Positions 43,777 to 64,000 of a stretch of 64,000 nucleotides of DNA are shown here, in pieces; within the stretch, counting starts at the first letter, position 1; each line of letters starts with the position of its first letter. The stretch is from positions 1,255,591 through 1,319,590 of the forward strand of contig LN717261.1 of the NCBI GenBank assembly GCA_001244265.2, in the 5' to 3' direction. The stretch comes from Microbotryum violaceum. Lineage: Eukaryota. The translations under genes and the position numbers were made by a program. The notes beneath the pieces were generated by a model. The model had not been told where the DNA came from and made no database searches. It was given only the letters and a program-made list of their open reading frames with translations.

Positions 43777-44487
43777 CCTTGAATGTCTTGGGTATCTTGA
43801 TGTCTTCTTTGGCAAACACGGCAGCACAGTAGGCATCGTAGGAAAGCTTGCTGTCGAACATGGGTGGAGTATCCAAGACATCGACCATGATAGCCGAAAT
43901 GATGGGAAGTATATTTTCCGGAGGTTGAGGTCAACGACGAGAACCAGCAGGAAGGATGTTGGAAGCATCAACATTCTCGAATTGGCCAGGATTTGGACCA
44001 GTGCAAACGATGGCGTAACCTTCACGAGGAGCGAGAGCGACTTCCGCCTCACCATCCAGTGGTTCTTCTGCGTCATGATAGTTATCAGGTCCATTGTCGA
44101 GTCCATCGTTGTCGTCATTGTCATCATCCTTACAAGGAACGACTGCAAGATACCCCCCCTGTTGACCAACCCCAATTGGAACCACCGGAAGAGGCTGTGG
44201 ATCCGGCAAAGTTGGATCCAGAACAGGTGAAGTTGGTGTAGACGGCAACACATCTGGCGGAGGATGAGGATGTTGAGAATGATGAACGGGATCAGAAGCG
44301 TCCGCACAATCTTGAGACGAAGTGACAATGGAAGGAGTCTCAAGGAATGTGACGTGACGCGAAACGTAGACCTGTTTCGATGATTGGACCCAGACACGGT
44401 ACTTGTATTCACCGGAGTACCCAATAAAAACTCCCTGAATGGAGCGAGGTGCAAGCTTGGAGCGACGCTCCTTGGGAACGTGGACAT

Positions 44488-50626
<6,139 letters not shown>

Positions 50627-52415
50627 ATTGTCTCTGAGCCTCTCAAAATTTCTGTCGCCGATCAATCTCAAATCGAATCTCCCAGTCATGGCTCAGTGAC
50701 GTTTCTTACCTCATATGGCGCTCGTATCACCATTAAGAGGGTCTCCTACATGCCCGGTGCTCAATGCGGTTTTATCTCCATCGACCGTCTGTTGGAATCA
50801 ATGACGTACGCTGTTGGTCCCCAAAGCAATCTCATTTTCAGCATCCGCGGCAAGTCAATTCTGCGCTTGCTTCCTGGTCGGGGGTTTGTCATGGATGCAG
50901 CTCCCGTTCAGCCTATCATGTCATCCTCACCGCCTTCAATGGTCGGAGCCAATCGTCTCACTGGAACCTGTACGTTGATGGAAGCACATCGGAAGTTGGG
51001 CCATCAATCTCCTGCGGCGATCGTTTTGGCCGTCAAATCCGGGGCTATCACTGGCATCACTCTGAAGGACAAAAAGGTTACTCCTTGCTTCTCGTGCATC
51101 CAGGCCAAGTCAAAGTGATCACCCTTCTCCAACAAGAGTACCGAAGCGCCTCATGCACTCTACCGCGTCTTCATCAATCTTGGGTTTGTCAAACATCCCA
51201 ATCACCATGGCAATACTATCTATCTCGCTATCGTGGATCAGTATTCGACGACTAAATGGACGATCGTGCTAAAGGACAAGAGGGCTGAGACAATTATCGA
51301 AGCATGGTCGAAATTTCGAGCCGAGTCCGAGCGTCAAACGGGTCAGAAAATCAAGAGGGTCAGATCGGACAATGGTCGTGAATTTGACAACTCATTGTTC
51401 CGGGCTCTTCTTGAAAAGCAGGGCATCATCGTGGAATTCACGGCCCCCTATACTCCGGAGCAAAATGGTCAAGTAGAGCGACTCAATGGATCTCTCATGG
51501 GTCTCGTTTGATCAATGCTCCTCAACTCCGGTCTTCCCATGCAATTCTGGTCAGATGCTCTGGCCATCGCGACATTTGTTCTCAATCGTCGACCACATCC
51601 TCGTATTCAAGGAAAAACGGCAATCAAAGTTCTTCTTGGCAAGAAGCCTAGTCTTGCTCATCTTCAGCCATTCGGATCTACGGCGTTTGTCCACGTTCCC
51701 AAGGAGCGTTGCTGCAAGCTTGCACCTCGCTCCATTCAGGGAGTTTTCATTGGGTACTCCGGTGAATACAAGTACCGTGTCTGGGTCCAATCGTCGAAAC
51801 AGGTCTACGTTTCGCGTCACGTCACATTCCTTGAGACTCCTTCCGTTGTCACTTTGTCTCAAGATCGTGCGGACGCTTCTGATCCCGTTCATCATTCTCA
51901 ACCTCCTCATCCTCCTCATCCTCCGCCAGATGTGTTGCCGTCTACACCAACTTCACCTGTTGTGGATCCAATTTTGCCGGATCCACAGCCTCCTCCGGTG
52001 GTTCCAATTGGAGTTGGTCAACAGGGGGGTATCTTGCAGTCGTTCCTCAAGAACCACTCGACGGTGAGGCGGAAGTCGCTCTCGCTCCTTGTGAAGGTTA
52101 CGCCATCGTTCGCACTGGTCCAAATCCTGGCCAATTCAAGAATGTTGATCCTTCCAACATCCTTCCTGCTGGTTCTTGTCGTCGACCTTAACCTCCGGAA
52201 AATATACTTCCCATCATTTTGGCTATCATGGTCGATGTCTTGGATACTCCACCCATGTTCCACGACAAGCTTTCCTACGATGCCTACTGTGCTGCCGTGT
52301 TTGCCGAAGAAGACATCGAGATACCCAAGGCATTTGAGGAAGCCATGAAGTCACCCTATTGCAACCATTGGAGTGCGGCAATGGTCTCAAAACTTCTACA
52401 ATTCGATCATCATGG

Positions 52416-52566
52416 TGTAAGGCCCCAGCGTCGGGCCTTGCAGGTGACAGGATACGAGTATGTATTCCAAAGAATAAACTGGTCGGAAAGGAAGAGAGGC
52501 CCTACTTTCCGGCAATGCCTAAGGCCAGACGCGCATCGGGCCTTTGAGTAACTACAGAGTATTACA
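52416..52566. repeat. Solo LTR (151 bp)
   Basis: TGTAA...TTACA with TSD CATGG at 52411-52415 and 52567-52571. Confidence 0.92.
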
Positions 52567-53810
52567 CATGGAGTCTTTCGGGAAGTCAAGTGGCACGAAG
52601 GAATTCGGGTACTCGGCATGATCTGGGTCTACAGTATCAAGCGCGATGCAAACGGCAAAATCATTCGTTTCAAAGCTCGTCTCGTTGCTCAAGGATTTGC
52701 TCAACGCCCAGGCATCAACTACCATGACACCTACGCTCCTGTCGCTCGTTCTTTGACGATTTTGTTCTTGATTGCTCTGGCTGCTGCTCAGGGCCTGTAT
52801 CTCGAACAGTTCGATTTCGACTGCGCCTTTCTCAACGGCAAGATGACCGAGGATGTCTATGTTCGATACCCAAAAGGATGGAATCGTCCTCAATCCCCTG
52901 GCAAGTGCCTCAAGCTCGTGGGTTCCATGTATGGCACCAAACAGGCGCCCCGTGAATGGTATCGAGCCGTCAACAATCTCATGGTGTCTTGAGGCTACAT
53001 GAGGGCAACTGCCGATGCTTGCCTCTACATCAAACATTTGGGCACTTCGTTTGCTATCATCACTCTCTATGTTGACAACGGTCTCATCGCGTCCAACAAT
53101 CAGTCCTTCTTGGACTCCGAGCTCGGATCGCTTCACAAGGCCTTCCAGCTCAAGCGTCTCGGACCCGTCTCCTACTTCCTGGGCTTCAAAATTCATCGCA
53201 CCAAAGATTACATCCTGGTTCACCAAAGCAAGTATGTCCGTACTATGCTCAAGAAGTTCGATTTCGCTTCTCCATCCAAGCGCCGTGCAGTCACGCCCAT
53301 GGACAATTGCCCCTTGCTTCGAATCGATGCTACTCTGTTTGCCGATGTGTCATTGTACCAATCGACTGTGGGTTCCCTGCAGTACGCGTCCACTTGATGT
53401 CAACCCGATATCGCGATTGCTGTTTGTGCCGTTGCTCAAAAGAACTCTTGTCCAACTGTTGACAATTGGGCTGCGGTGAAGCATATATTTTGCTACTTCA
53501 ACAGCACCATCAATTTGGGAATTCTTTATCGAAACAGTTCCACAACTTGATTGATGGTCTACTCCAATGCCTCGTTAGCGGATGACCCGGAATCTCGCAA
53601 ATCGGTGGGAGCCTATGCATCAATGCTCGCTGGTGGCGTTATCTCCTGGCAGTTGAAGCAACAATCTATGATTGCTGCATCCACTACCGAAGCCGAAATC
53701 CTCTCTGCATCCTCAGCCATTCGTGAAGCAATCTGGCTCCGTCGTTTGGCTGGTGATGTCGGCATTCCACAAGCACAGTCTACTATCATTCAAGAGGACA
53801 ACGCCGCATG

Positions 53811-54007
<197 letters not shown>

Positions 54008-55189
54008 TCACATGCAAACCTAGCACTTCGACATTGCTCATTTGTTTGTATGAGAACGGGTTGCTTCTGGCGAGGTCAAACTTGAATACTGCCCTACCCA
54101 CGTCAATGCCACGGATATTATGACGAAGCCTTTGGGATTTCAACGCTTTGATCAACTTTGTGCGTTACTTGGAATGGTCTTGTTAGTCTCTTTGACCGGT
54201 GGGAGTGTTAGAAGTGGGGTCTGAGAGCCTAATTCATTGCTATTAGTCTTGGTTAATACTTTATTCTGCGCGCGCGCCTATCTTTGTCTTTGCGTCTTTT
54301 TTTCCTTCTGGGTTCCTTCTCCACGCTATTCTCATCATCTCACTTGTGTATCTCGGAGGTGAGTTGTGGAGTACCTCCTAGTCCTTGTTGCAACAAGCTG
54401 GCCCCTGTGGTCTTCAAGCAAAAGGTGCGTATTCACATTTGGTTCAGATCCATCCGGCATTTCGAATTGCTAATCTGCGGCTCACTGCCGCATAGGTTGA
54501 CGCAATCAGGACATGAATTTTGAGCTTGTCGATCAATTCTTTTGAAGGCTACCGCATGGACTCTGGACGGGACCGGATTGCGGCGGCGGAGCGACTGTCA
54601 AAGCATGCAAGAGTTTCTGCAGACACACGGGATGCTTCATGGATCTCAGTAAGTTATAGTACCAGGTTACGATTACGGTTACGCTGAGGAAGCATTTTCA
54701 GTACAATCTATTGATAGACAGTAGTCAACGTTGTGCAAGAGACAACTCTCAGGTGTTCCCTTGTGAAGGCGAAGGAGCCGATTGTGTCAAACATTTTGGT
54801 CAACTTTTGGCGATTTATGAGTTCCGATATGGGGAGCAGGTGCGCGCATTCACACTTGGTTGTGCCAGGCGGCCTTACGACCCTGACACATTCCTCTTGC
54901 TTCTCGAACTTCCTGCTTGGGAAGGTATGGTCGCTTAGTTTGAGCCACTTGCAACCTGTTGACGCGGTCAAACATGCCCCGATCGCCAAGCCGACGCCAA
55001 AGCGGCAAAAGAGGAAGGCTTTGTCTGTTGTAGGAGGGCACAAGCATCAGAATTTGTTCTTCACTCAAGGTAAACGTGCTTCAGGAGCGGTCGAGATTGT
55101 GGATCTGCGGTGCATCCTGGGCTCAGCTGGTCGCATACATCAGAGGGTTGGTCGAGAGGAGTCCCGGGAGTACATCTTTGACCGGATGG

Positions 55190-55306
55190 TGTAATACCCC
55201 AGGCCCTTCACGACTAGGTTACACAGTCCAAAAGACTGACAATTTCAATAGATGCATATTGAAATCAGAAGGGTAGTTAAATAGCGTAAGGCAACCGAGC
55301 CTTACA
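55190..55306 (-). repeat. Short Gypsy-type LTR (117 bp) preceded by a PPT-like GGTGGTGGCGGG
   Basis: TGTAAGG...GGGGTATTACA ends on the minus strand resemble the chromovirus LTR ends; no TSD. Confidence 0.7.
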
Positions 55307-55480
55307 CCCGCCACCACCAGACTTAGAGATACTCTAAGCATGATTAGACGAATCTCTAATGGCCCCACCGTTCATTCATTCATTCGTCACGGCCATTAGA
55401 GATCAAATAACTAGGTCGGCCCAAGGGCTAAACCTTGCGCCGGTCCTGCTCGGGCTTTTCTCCGCGGCGGGCGAAAATAG

Positions 55481-55681
<201 letters not shown>

Positions 55682-56789
55682 TAGTGTGTACAGTCGCCCA
55701 CCAACCGCTTCAAGAGCTACAGCACGACTACAAGAAGTGATGCCGGATCCGCCCGGCCCACCCCCGCACCCGCCCAACGCTCCGTGGGCTGCCTTACCCT
55801 CCTCTTCCAGTGCGATTCCCGCTTCCGTGCTCCGAAAATTTCTCGATGATGCTCTCACCCTTTCGTTCGGCCGCGCAGGTCGCACGCAAGGCTATACCCT
55901 GATGCAATTACAGCGGGCCTTGCGGTCGATCCGAATGGGGATCCGATGGCCATGACCGAAGACGGGTTCCACTGCGCGTACCTTCGCTTACATGCTGATG
56001 TTTTCCAAGGCTCCACCGAGACGCAGAAGGCTGCGCTCAACGCCGCCTTGCCACAAGAGATCGAGATCCTGGGCGCCAAGTACGGCTTGCGACACGAATT
56101 TGAGACGCACTACTGCGCCGTGTGCGATCGCGCTGGACACCAGTGGGGGCTTGCAGGAAGCCGGCTTCGACTCCGGCCACCGCCGCCCCTGTTCCGGGGG
56201 CCTCGACTTCGACTTCGACTTCGACCACCGGCTTCCGAGTTGCTGGAAAGAATGGGAAGCACGGTGGGCCCGCCGCATTGAACTCTCGTGCCTCTGGCAC
56301 GAACATGATCCAGCTGGGACCTCGTGCTAACCCCGCAGGTGCAACGACCGGCAACAAGGACGATGCGAACGACGGCGACAGTGACGACGACGACGACGAC
56401 GGCGAATCGGTGGCTTCGACCGAACCGGAGGGCGGCGACACTGGGAAAGAGACGTTGACCCGTGCGACCACGGGCCCAACAAAGGAGACGCAGACGACGA
56501 CAGCGCGCCCGTTTCGACCCCGACCTCTCCTTCGCCTTCTGCTTCTGCTCCGGCATCGCCTTTGTCCGGTGGCACGTCGGAATCATCGGCAACCTCGACG
56601 ACCTCGATAGCCTCGACGAGTCCTCGACGCCTTCGTTCGAGCTCGGCACCCGGCAACCGACGTGTCACCCGGGCGGGATCCGCCATGATCCTCGGTGCAT
56701 CAGGGGGTGACGGCTCAGGGGCAACAGTTCAGGGGGTCACAGGTCCGAGATGACCGAATTTGAGGGGGCGGCGCTGATCCAATTTATTC

Positions 56790-57002
56790 ATGATTGAGTC
56801 CCTCACCATGTGAACGTTCAACGTCCGATCGATCAAGAACGCAGTCAACCAAGTCAAAATCATCCGCTATCTCAAAACCCTTCGGCCGGCCCCTGCGGCC
56901 ATTCTCCTGCAAGAGCACCACCTCAGCTACAACGCGTCGCGCGAAGGCTTCGAGAGTGCTTGGCCAGGGGCTTGTATTCGTTTCACTCCTCATGTCCTTA
57001 CC
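56790..57002 (+). pseudogene. LINE ORF2 endonuclease N-terminus (before the Copia F insertion)
   Basis: MIESLTM*TFNVRSIKN...ILLQEHHL, in frame with 61646 onward once the insertion and one TSD copy are removed. Confidence 0.8.
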
Positions 57003-60000
57003 TGTTGAGGTAGATTACTCTTGCCTTAAATCTGCCTAGCGCGCGTCTCTATTTGTATTAGCCGCGCGGTCCAATCGCGTCTTTCCTTCTTCTTCTCCAC
57101 TTGATTACGAACTCATTGGCTTGCCACTGCCGCCAACTCGTTCAGGTGTGTGAAGAACTCCTTTATTGCAATCCCACTTGATTACGAACTCATTGGCTTG
57201 CCACTGCCGCCAACTCGTTCAGCACATCGCTGTTCGATTTCTACAGGTTACGAGCCCAACGTAGCGGCCCAGCCAACTCGAGTCATCAAGTCATCATGCC
57301 CGGTGATACGGACACTGTGGTATCAGGGGGAACAACCTCTATCGTCTATGTCAAACCCCGCGATATCGACCCGTCATGCCACCTGCGCAACGCGGGAGGC
57401 TGGTCGCAATGGATCAACGACGTCCGTGGAGCTCTCGGGGGCGACTATTGGAACTGCACGCTTGCAACGCCCATTCAGAAACCCAACGCGCGCACCGACC
57501 TGGAGCACGCCAACTTCCAAGCGATCGCGCTCTTGAGGCGCTCGGTCTCCCTCAACATCAAGAAGCAGATCAAAGATGGATTCGATCACACTCCCACCGA
57601 CGTCTTGAAGATGATCAAGAAAGCGGTCGCAGCAGGCACAGTCACCGACATCTTCATCAAGCTCCAAGCCCTGCTCGATGCGGGTCCGCCTCCCTCCGGT
57701 GTCGACGCGTTCGAGAAGTACCAAGCCAACACCATTGAGCTGTTTAACACTCTTTCGGGATACAACCTTACCTTTGACCAGGTCATCTCGATACGCTTGA
57801 TCCACTTTGGCAAGGACCTCTACAAGGAGTACTATACTCAAGCGCTCCGTCAAGACCTCGACAAGCTCCCTGATCCGATTGAAGCGCTTCAAACGCTTCA
57901 GACTCAAGCTGAATCCACGCCGGCACACAAGCCCGTGGCGATGGTAGCTAGCTTGACCGCGACGGAAAGATCTTCATCGACTCCGTCAGCTCCGTGCCGA
58001 CACTGTGGAGGTCCTCACTGGAATCGAAAATGCCCCGTCAAGGACAAGAAGTCCAAGGCCTCCTCCGCGCCGTCCGCATCCCTCGCCGCTGCTCCCGACA
58101 TCTCGACGTTGGTAGACGGCCCGGTCCGCGGATACCTCACCGCAGCGATGTCCACATTGGCCAAACCTTCCCTCATCCTCGACAGCGGCGCGACGCATCA
58201 CATCGTCAACGATCGCGCTTGTTTCACCAACTTCCGCAAGTGCAAGCCTGCTCCGCTCGAGGGCATCACGGGCGAGGCGGTCAATTCGATCGAAGGCGTC
58301 GGTTCCGCTGTCGTTCGCTCCTTCGACGGCAGCATCGGTCAACTCCACCACGCGTTGTTCGTCCCCAGCGCGCCGGTCAGCCTCTTCTCCGCCAGTCGCG
58401 CCAATGCCGCGGGCTACGACATCAACCTTTCCCGAGGCAAAGCAACGGTCTCAGTCGACGGGTCGATTTGCCACACCGGGGAGATCACGAACGGCTTGTA
58501 CCACATGCATGCTTCCCTAGTCGACGTCACTACTCTCATCGAGCAACCGGGTGCGTCCCCACGTGCGTTCGCGGCCGTCCCCGTCTCCATCATGCAAGGA
58601 CGTTTCGCTCACCTTCACCCACGCGCTCTACAACAGCTGATCTCAACTGAGGCTGTGCTGGGAGTCAACATGGAGGTAGCATTGAACGCAGACTTGAAAT
58701 GTGATACATGCCAGGCTGGGAAGATCACACATCACCCTTTCCCCACCGTCGCGTCGAATCGTTCAGCCCAGCCTCTTGATCAAGTCCACATGGACCTTCT
58801 TGCGTTCGACGGCGCCGTGTCGTTAGGCGGCGCAAAATACGCCCTCGTCATTGTCGATGATTACACCCGATATCTCTGGGCAATTCCGATGTCGCACAAG
58901 TCCGATACCTTTGCGGCCTTCAAGTCGTGGCTTGCAAAGGTCGAGCGCTCCTCGTCGAGAAAACTCCTGGCAGTCCGCTCCGACAACGGTGGTGAATTCT
59001 TGTCGAACGAGTTCTCGAGCTTCCTGGAAGAACAAGGCATCACTCGTCAGCTTTCGATTCCCGATGCCCCTCAGCAAAACGGGGTTGCCGAACGCGCAAA
59101 TCGCTCGATCACCGAGGGTGTCCGATCAATGCTCCACCAGTCGGGTCTATCTCACGCTTTGTGGGCCGAGGCATTGGCGACATATGTCTACGTCAAAAAT
59201 CGCTCACCACACTCGGCAAATTCAGGCGTCACACCACACACGCGTTGGCACGGATCGAAGCCGTCAGCCGGCCATCTCCGCGTATTCGGCTGCAGAGCGT
59301 GGAAGGCAGCTACCACCGAAGCGCGCAGCAAACTCGATCCGCGGGCATTCCACTCGTATTCGTCGGCTACGATCTCGAATCCAAGGGATACCGACTGTTT
59401 GACCCCGCTACCAGACAAGTTTTCAAATCGCGCAGCGTCACATTCTTCGAGGACGAGTTCCCAGCCAGGCGGGAGGGCATCACAGCAGCTCACGCGCCCG
59501 TCGCAGGCAACGACGACGACGACGACGAAGTCGTTGTACTCCCTGACCAGCATGCCAATCAGGCACCCCCCGACCAAGCGGAGCTTCCGGCTGCTTTACG
59601 TTTCGACGCACCGGGGCCCGCGTGGCAGCCACCCGTGGGTTCGCGCCCGCGCAACCCCCAGCTCGTTACGGCGCCCTAGCATCTTTGCGCTCGACCCCTT
59701 CTGCCTTCGCATTCTCTCTAGGCAAGGAGGTAACCGAACTTGTTGCTGATCTTGACGCGGCGGGCATTGACACCTCGACGGCGAATCGACCGCTCTCGGA
59801 ACCAGAGGACCCGTTCTCGCTCCCGAGCAGTGATCCCACCACGTGGAATGAGGCCATGCGCCATCCTCACGCCGCGGCATGGAAAGCGGGAGCCATTGAG
59901 GAATTTTGCTCGATGAAAGACGATCTCAAGGTGTTCAGCGTCGTCGGACTATCCTCCGTGCCCAAAGGAGCTACGATCTTACCAAGTCGTCACGTCTTTC

Positions 60001-61643
60001 GAACCAAACGCGACAAAGCCGGGAAGATGGTTTCACTGAAGAACCGCATTGTTGCACAGGGCTGCGCACAAGGCCCAAACAGCTTCAACAACACCTTCTC
60101 ACCCACGGCTAAGTACACCTCCATCCGCACGCTCATCGCGCACTCGGCCTCGAAGGGCCACCACATCATTCAAGCCGACGTTGACAAGGCCTATCTTCAT
60201 GGTGTGCTGGAGGAGGAGATCTACATGCGGGTTCCAACTGGCATCGAAGGCTACGAAGGCAAATGCCTCCGCCTTCATCGATCGATCTACGGTCTCAAGC
60301 AGGCAGGTCGAGTGTGGAACGACACGATCAACGCCACGCTCGCGAGTCTCGGCTATCGTCGCCTCGCCTGCGACGAATGCATCTATCGTCATGAGGACGC
60401 TGGGGGTGATCACTACATTGCACTCTACGTCGACGATCTACTCTTCTTTGGGCCGGATCTCGGGGAAATCGATCGAGTCCTTGACCAACTCGACACCCTC
60501 TACGGAGTCAAACGCCTCGGCCCGGCCGAATGGGTACTCGGGGTTCAGGTCGTACGACACGACGATGGCGGGATCTCCCTTCTCCAGCGTCAATACCTCC
60601 TTGACGTCTTGGATCGCTTCAACATGTCCGACTGCAACCCCTGCAAGTCACCCATGGAAGCCAACCTACAGCTTTCGCCGGAACCCGATACAGACTCCGC
60701 CGACAATGCCATCTACCGTTCCATGATCGGCTCACTCATGTACGCTGTTGTTGCCACTCGCCCTGATCTAGCCCACTCCGTCGGATATCTGTCACGTTTC
60801 GTCGGCAAGGCTGGCGACACTCACCTCGAGGCGGCCAAGCGCGTCCTTCGTTACATCAAAGGATCGCTCGATCTTGGCATACACTACACGTGCACCAGTG
60901 CGCCTCTGCTGGGGTACGAGGGGTACTCTGACTCGGACTGGGGATCGGACATACAGACGTCGAGGTCCACTATGGGTTACTTGTTCAAACTGGCGGGTGG
61001 GGCCATCTCATGGTCATCTCGTCTCCAACCTCGCGTAGCTTGTTCATCCACGGAAGCGGAGTACCTGGGCCTCTCGCATGCAGCCAAGGAGGCTGTCTTC
61101 CTTCGCTCGCTCCTCACCGAACTCGGTCTCGATACGTCGTCCCCTTTACGTCTTCTCGGGGATAACCAGGGAGCTATAGCGCTCACCCAGAATCCGGTCT
61201 TCCACGCTCGCACCAAACATTTGCGCATGTTGGAGCATTTCGTTCGGGAGCATGTTCGGAATGGAGAGATCTCGGTCACCTACATCCCAACCCACGATAT
61301 GGTTGCCGACATTTTCACCAAGCCGCTGCCGCGAGTAGTCTTCCAGCGTCATTGTGACGCCATCGATCTGCGCCGCATTTCAGGCCAAGAGCAAGGGGGG
61401 TGTTGAGGTAGATTACTCTTGCCTTAAATCTGCCTAGCGCGCGTCTCTATTTGTATTAGCCGCGCGGTCCAATCGCGTCTTTCCTTCTTCTTCTCCACTT
61501 GATTACGAACTCATTGGCTTGCCACTGCCGCCAACTCGTTCAGGTGTGTGAAGAGCTCCTTTATTGCAATCCCACTTGATTACGAACTCATTGGCTTGCC
61601 ACTGCCGCCAACTCGTTCAGCACATCGCTGTTCGATTTCTACA
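57003..61643 (+). mobile_element. Full-length, young Ty1/Copia element, family F
   Basis: 243-bp LTRs 57003-57245 and 61401-61643 with one difference by eye; TSD TTACC; PBS GGTTACGAGCCC at 57246-57257; PPT AAGAGCAAGGGGGG. Confidence 0.97.
57296..61406 (+). CDS. Copia F Gag-Pol with two frameshifts (near 59340 and near 59655)
   Basis: [74 protein letters not shown]. Confidence 0.95.
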
Positions 61644-61645
61644 TT

Positions 61646-64000
61646 ACCCTCATACCCGATGGCTCACCTTTGGCGGGCCATCTCCTTTCCTCTACCCCGG
61701 TCGTCTTTGCAGGAGCTCCTCGTCTCGACGGTCGGATTCTGCGCTCGGTGTTTCGTCTTGAGGAGCTCGATGTTGAGATCATCAACATGTACGCGCCGGT
61801 ACAGGAGGACGATCGTCGCGACTTTTTCGGGCTCCTGCATTTCAACGCCCCGAGACCCAAGACTCTTCGGATCTTGGCCGGCGATCTCAATGATTGTCCG
61901 GATGTATCGGTCGACCGAGTGTCCATCACCGATCGCGCTTGGACTCCTGTATCGCACTGGCAGACCTTGCTGTCAAAGATCGCGTTCAAGGCACTCGACA
62001 CGGTCCGACATGTCCATTCTTGCACCCCCGCATTCACTCGTCCTCACTACCGTGGTAGAGGGGAGGAGCGAAAGATTTGCTCGTGGTCGCGAATCGACTA
62101 TATTCTTGTCCAATGCAGTTGGGCAAACCGGTTGTTGAGCGCTTCTACGCTCTTCGACGCGCCCTGTTCGGACCACAGACCTGTAGTTGCGACTTTCGCA
62201 TTGCCTACGTCGAACGCTGATGCCGAACCCCCCCTTTCTCTTCCCTCTACGAGCGATTTCATTTCGAGGCTCAACCCAACGGTCTTTGACGATCAAGACT
62301 TTGTCGCATCGATTCCCGGGGTCGTCGACGAGGTCTATCGAAGGCTCGAGGGGACCGCTCCGCTCGGCGACGTCTATGACGCCGCTCTGCGGGCGGTTGC
62401 AGTCGCTGGCCATGCACGATACCGCTCGACTCGTGCCGACATGCGCCGACTGCGGGCCGAGAGCCAATCCGTCATGGAGGCTTTGGAGGCACGCGGTGAG
62501 CACATGAATGAGGCCGAGCGCGATGCGTATGCTTTTGCCAAGTCGCGGTTGGACCAGTTGGCGGTAAAGGAGGCTCAGTGGCTGCGCATTCGTGCGCATG
62601 TGCCGTCAGTCGACTCGAGGGAAGGTCAATCGGCAAGCATTCGCACGCGTCTCAACCGCCGGAGTCGCCAGACGAGCGTCGTCTCGCTGGAGGATGTGGA
62701 TGGCACCGAGACCGTTGACATGCAGGAGGCGCTGGGTATTGCTTCACGGCACGCACAGTCGCTCTTCACGCCGGACCCAGCTCGTGGCGACCCGACGAAC
62801 CCACGTCGGTCCCTGCTCGACCCTATTCGCGCGGCGAAATGCTACGATGACGACCGCTCGGACCCTACGTTCGGTCGTCGGCTGCCTCGTCAAGCGAGAG
62901 TGGCGCTTGACGAGCCCTTCACCCTCCTCGAGGTTGAAGCGGCGTTGAAGAAGACGGATTCGGGGCGATCACCGGGGCCCTCGGGCATTCCGTACGAGCT
63001 CTTCAAGGCGCTGCCAACCTACTTTGCTCCCAAGCTGTTGGATTTATTCAACTCGATTTGGGAGGGGGGTAAAATGACGGCGTCCTTGGCAGAGGGGCTG
63101 GTGCGGCTTTTGCCCAAGAACAAACCGGGGGCCAATCTGAAATCACTGGGGGCATATCGACCGATCACACTGCGCGAGACGACCTACAAGGTCCTCAGCA
63201 AGGTCTTGGTGGCGCGACTCAATGGGGTGCTCGGCGAGCTTTTGCCGCCGGCGCAACACGGGTTCATGCCATCAAGACGTTCAGCAGACGCGGGAAGTCA
63301 TCTCACTCTCCTTCTCGAAAAACTCAAGTCGCTAGGCACTGAAGTTTTCCCCGAGGGCGCCCTCTTGTCCTTGGATCAGCAGAGCGCGTACGATCGGGTC
63401 GATCACGCATGGATCTTCGACGTCTTCGAGGCCTTTGGCTTTGGTGAGCGTTTCATTTCCCTGCTGCGCGCTCTGTACGATCCCGAGACTCTGGGGGTGC
63501 GCTACCTCATCAATGGGTTCCCCACGGAGTTGGTGCGGTTGCTGTGTGGTCTCGGTCAGGGGGATCCCCTCTCGTGCCCGGTTTGGAACATCACGTTCCA
63601 GCCCTTCCTCGACGCCCTCGTTCGGCGCGGGATCGCGCTCGACCTGCAGAAGGTGTGGCCAGGGGGGCCGCGTGCGCAGCTTACGCATCTGGCGTTTGCC
63701 GACGATGCTGTGGTGGTGGTGGGGTCACCGGCGGCATTGTCGAAGCTGGAAACGCTGTCGCAGACGTGGTACGAGGCAACCAACGGGAAGACCAACACGG
63801 ACAAGACGCTGGTGCTACCACTCGGACCGAACTGGCTTCGGGACGAGACTGCGCAGGCGCTGCCAACGGTGCAGGAGGGGGAGAGCTTCAAGTGGTGCGG
63901 CTATGCCTTCTTTCGCCACGGTGACTCGAAACTGTTTTGGACCCATGTTCTTGACAGGATCAAGGCCAAGGCCCGCGCCGCTCGAGACCGGACGCTTTCG
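61646..64000 (+). CDS. LINE ORF2 continuation (endonuclease and RT), apparently open to the window end and absent from the ORF track
   Basis: IINMYAP, LAGDLND, SRIDY, SDHRPV, PGPSGIP, YRPITL, QHGFMP, LDQQSAYDRVDH, GLGQGDPLS, LAFADD. The first and last motifs were checked to share a frame. Confidence 0.9.

Larger units (their letters stand above)
41750..44487 (-). mobile_element. Copia B fragment (post-integrase linker, RT, RNase H, 3' LTR 41938-41750) carrying two family E LTRs
   Basis: Homologous to 50627-54395; [33 protein letters not shown]; internal deletions. Confidence 0.9.

Noticed and set aside
54206-54395. Copia B LTR as a seventh intron-unit family
   Set aside because: It has a GTGAGT donor-like site but no duplicated X block, and the other copy reads CTGAGT. 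The solo LTRs at 6406, 11752, 52416 and 55190 also lack the unit, so the architecture is not universal.
54708-55043. HNH-type nuclease fragment (CECAHLLP)
   Set aside because: Only one short motif and no recognisable downstream residues; cannot be supported without a profile search.

Overview
This is eukaryotic, fungal DNA, most likely a basidiomycete of the Pucciniomycotina (Microbotryum-like). That placement is an inference from the short GT-AG introns, the transposon repertoire and TCG-biased C-to-T decay. The window is a dense nest of transposable elements: two Ty3/Gypsy chromoviruses, many Ty1/Copia elements and fragments with half-tRNA(iMet) primer-binding sites (PBS), several solo LTRs, two APE-endonuclease LINEs, and CACTA and KDZ transposase remnants. 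One apparently intact host gene, CHO2 (phosphatidylethanolamine N-methyltransferase, about 16.55-21.40 kb), sits among them. The main observation is that LTRs of six families (one Gypsy, five Copia) share one architecture: block X ending in YAG, then a spacer starting with a GT splice donor, then a second copy of X ending in YAG. This is a 58-83 nt spliceosomal-type intron whose 3' part duplicates the exon just before it. One-, two- and three-copy versions occur in the window. I propose these are LTR introns that are regenerated during reverse transcription. The structure is seen directly; the splicing and the mechanism are inference. Family letters A-G are my own labels. Coordinates were counted by hand and may be off by a few bases.
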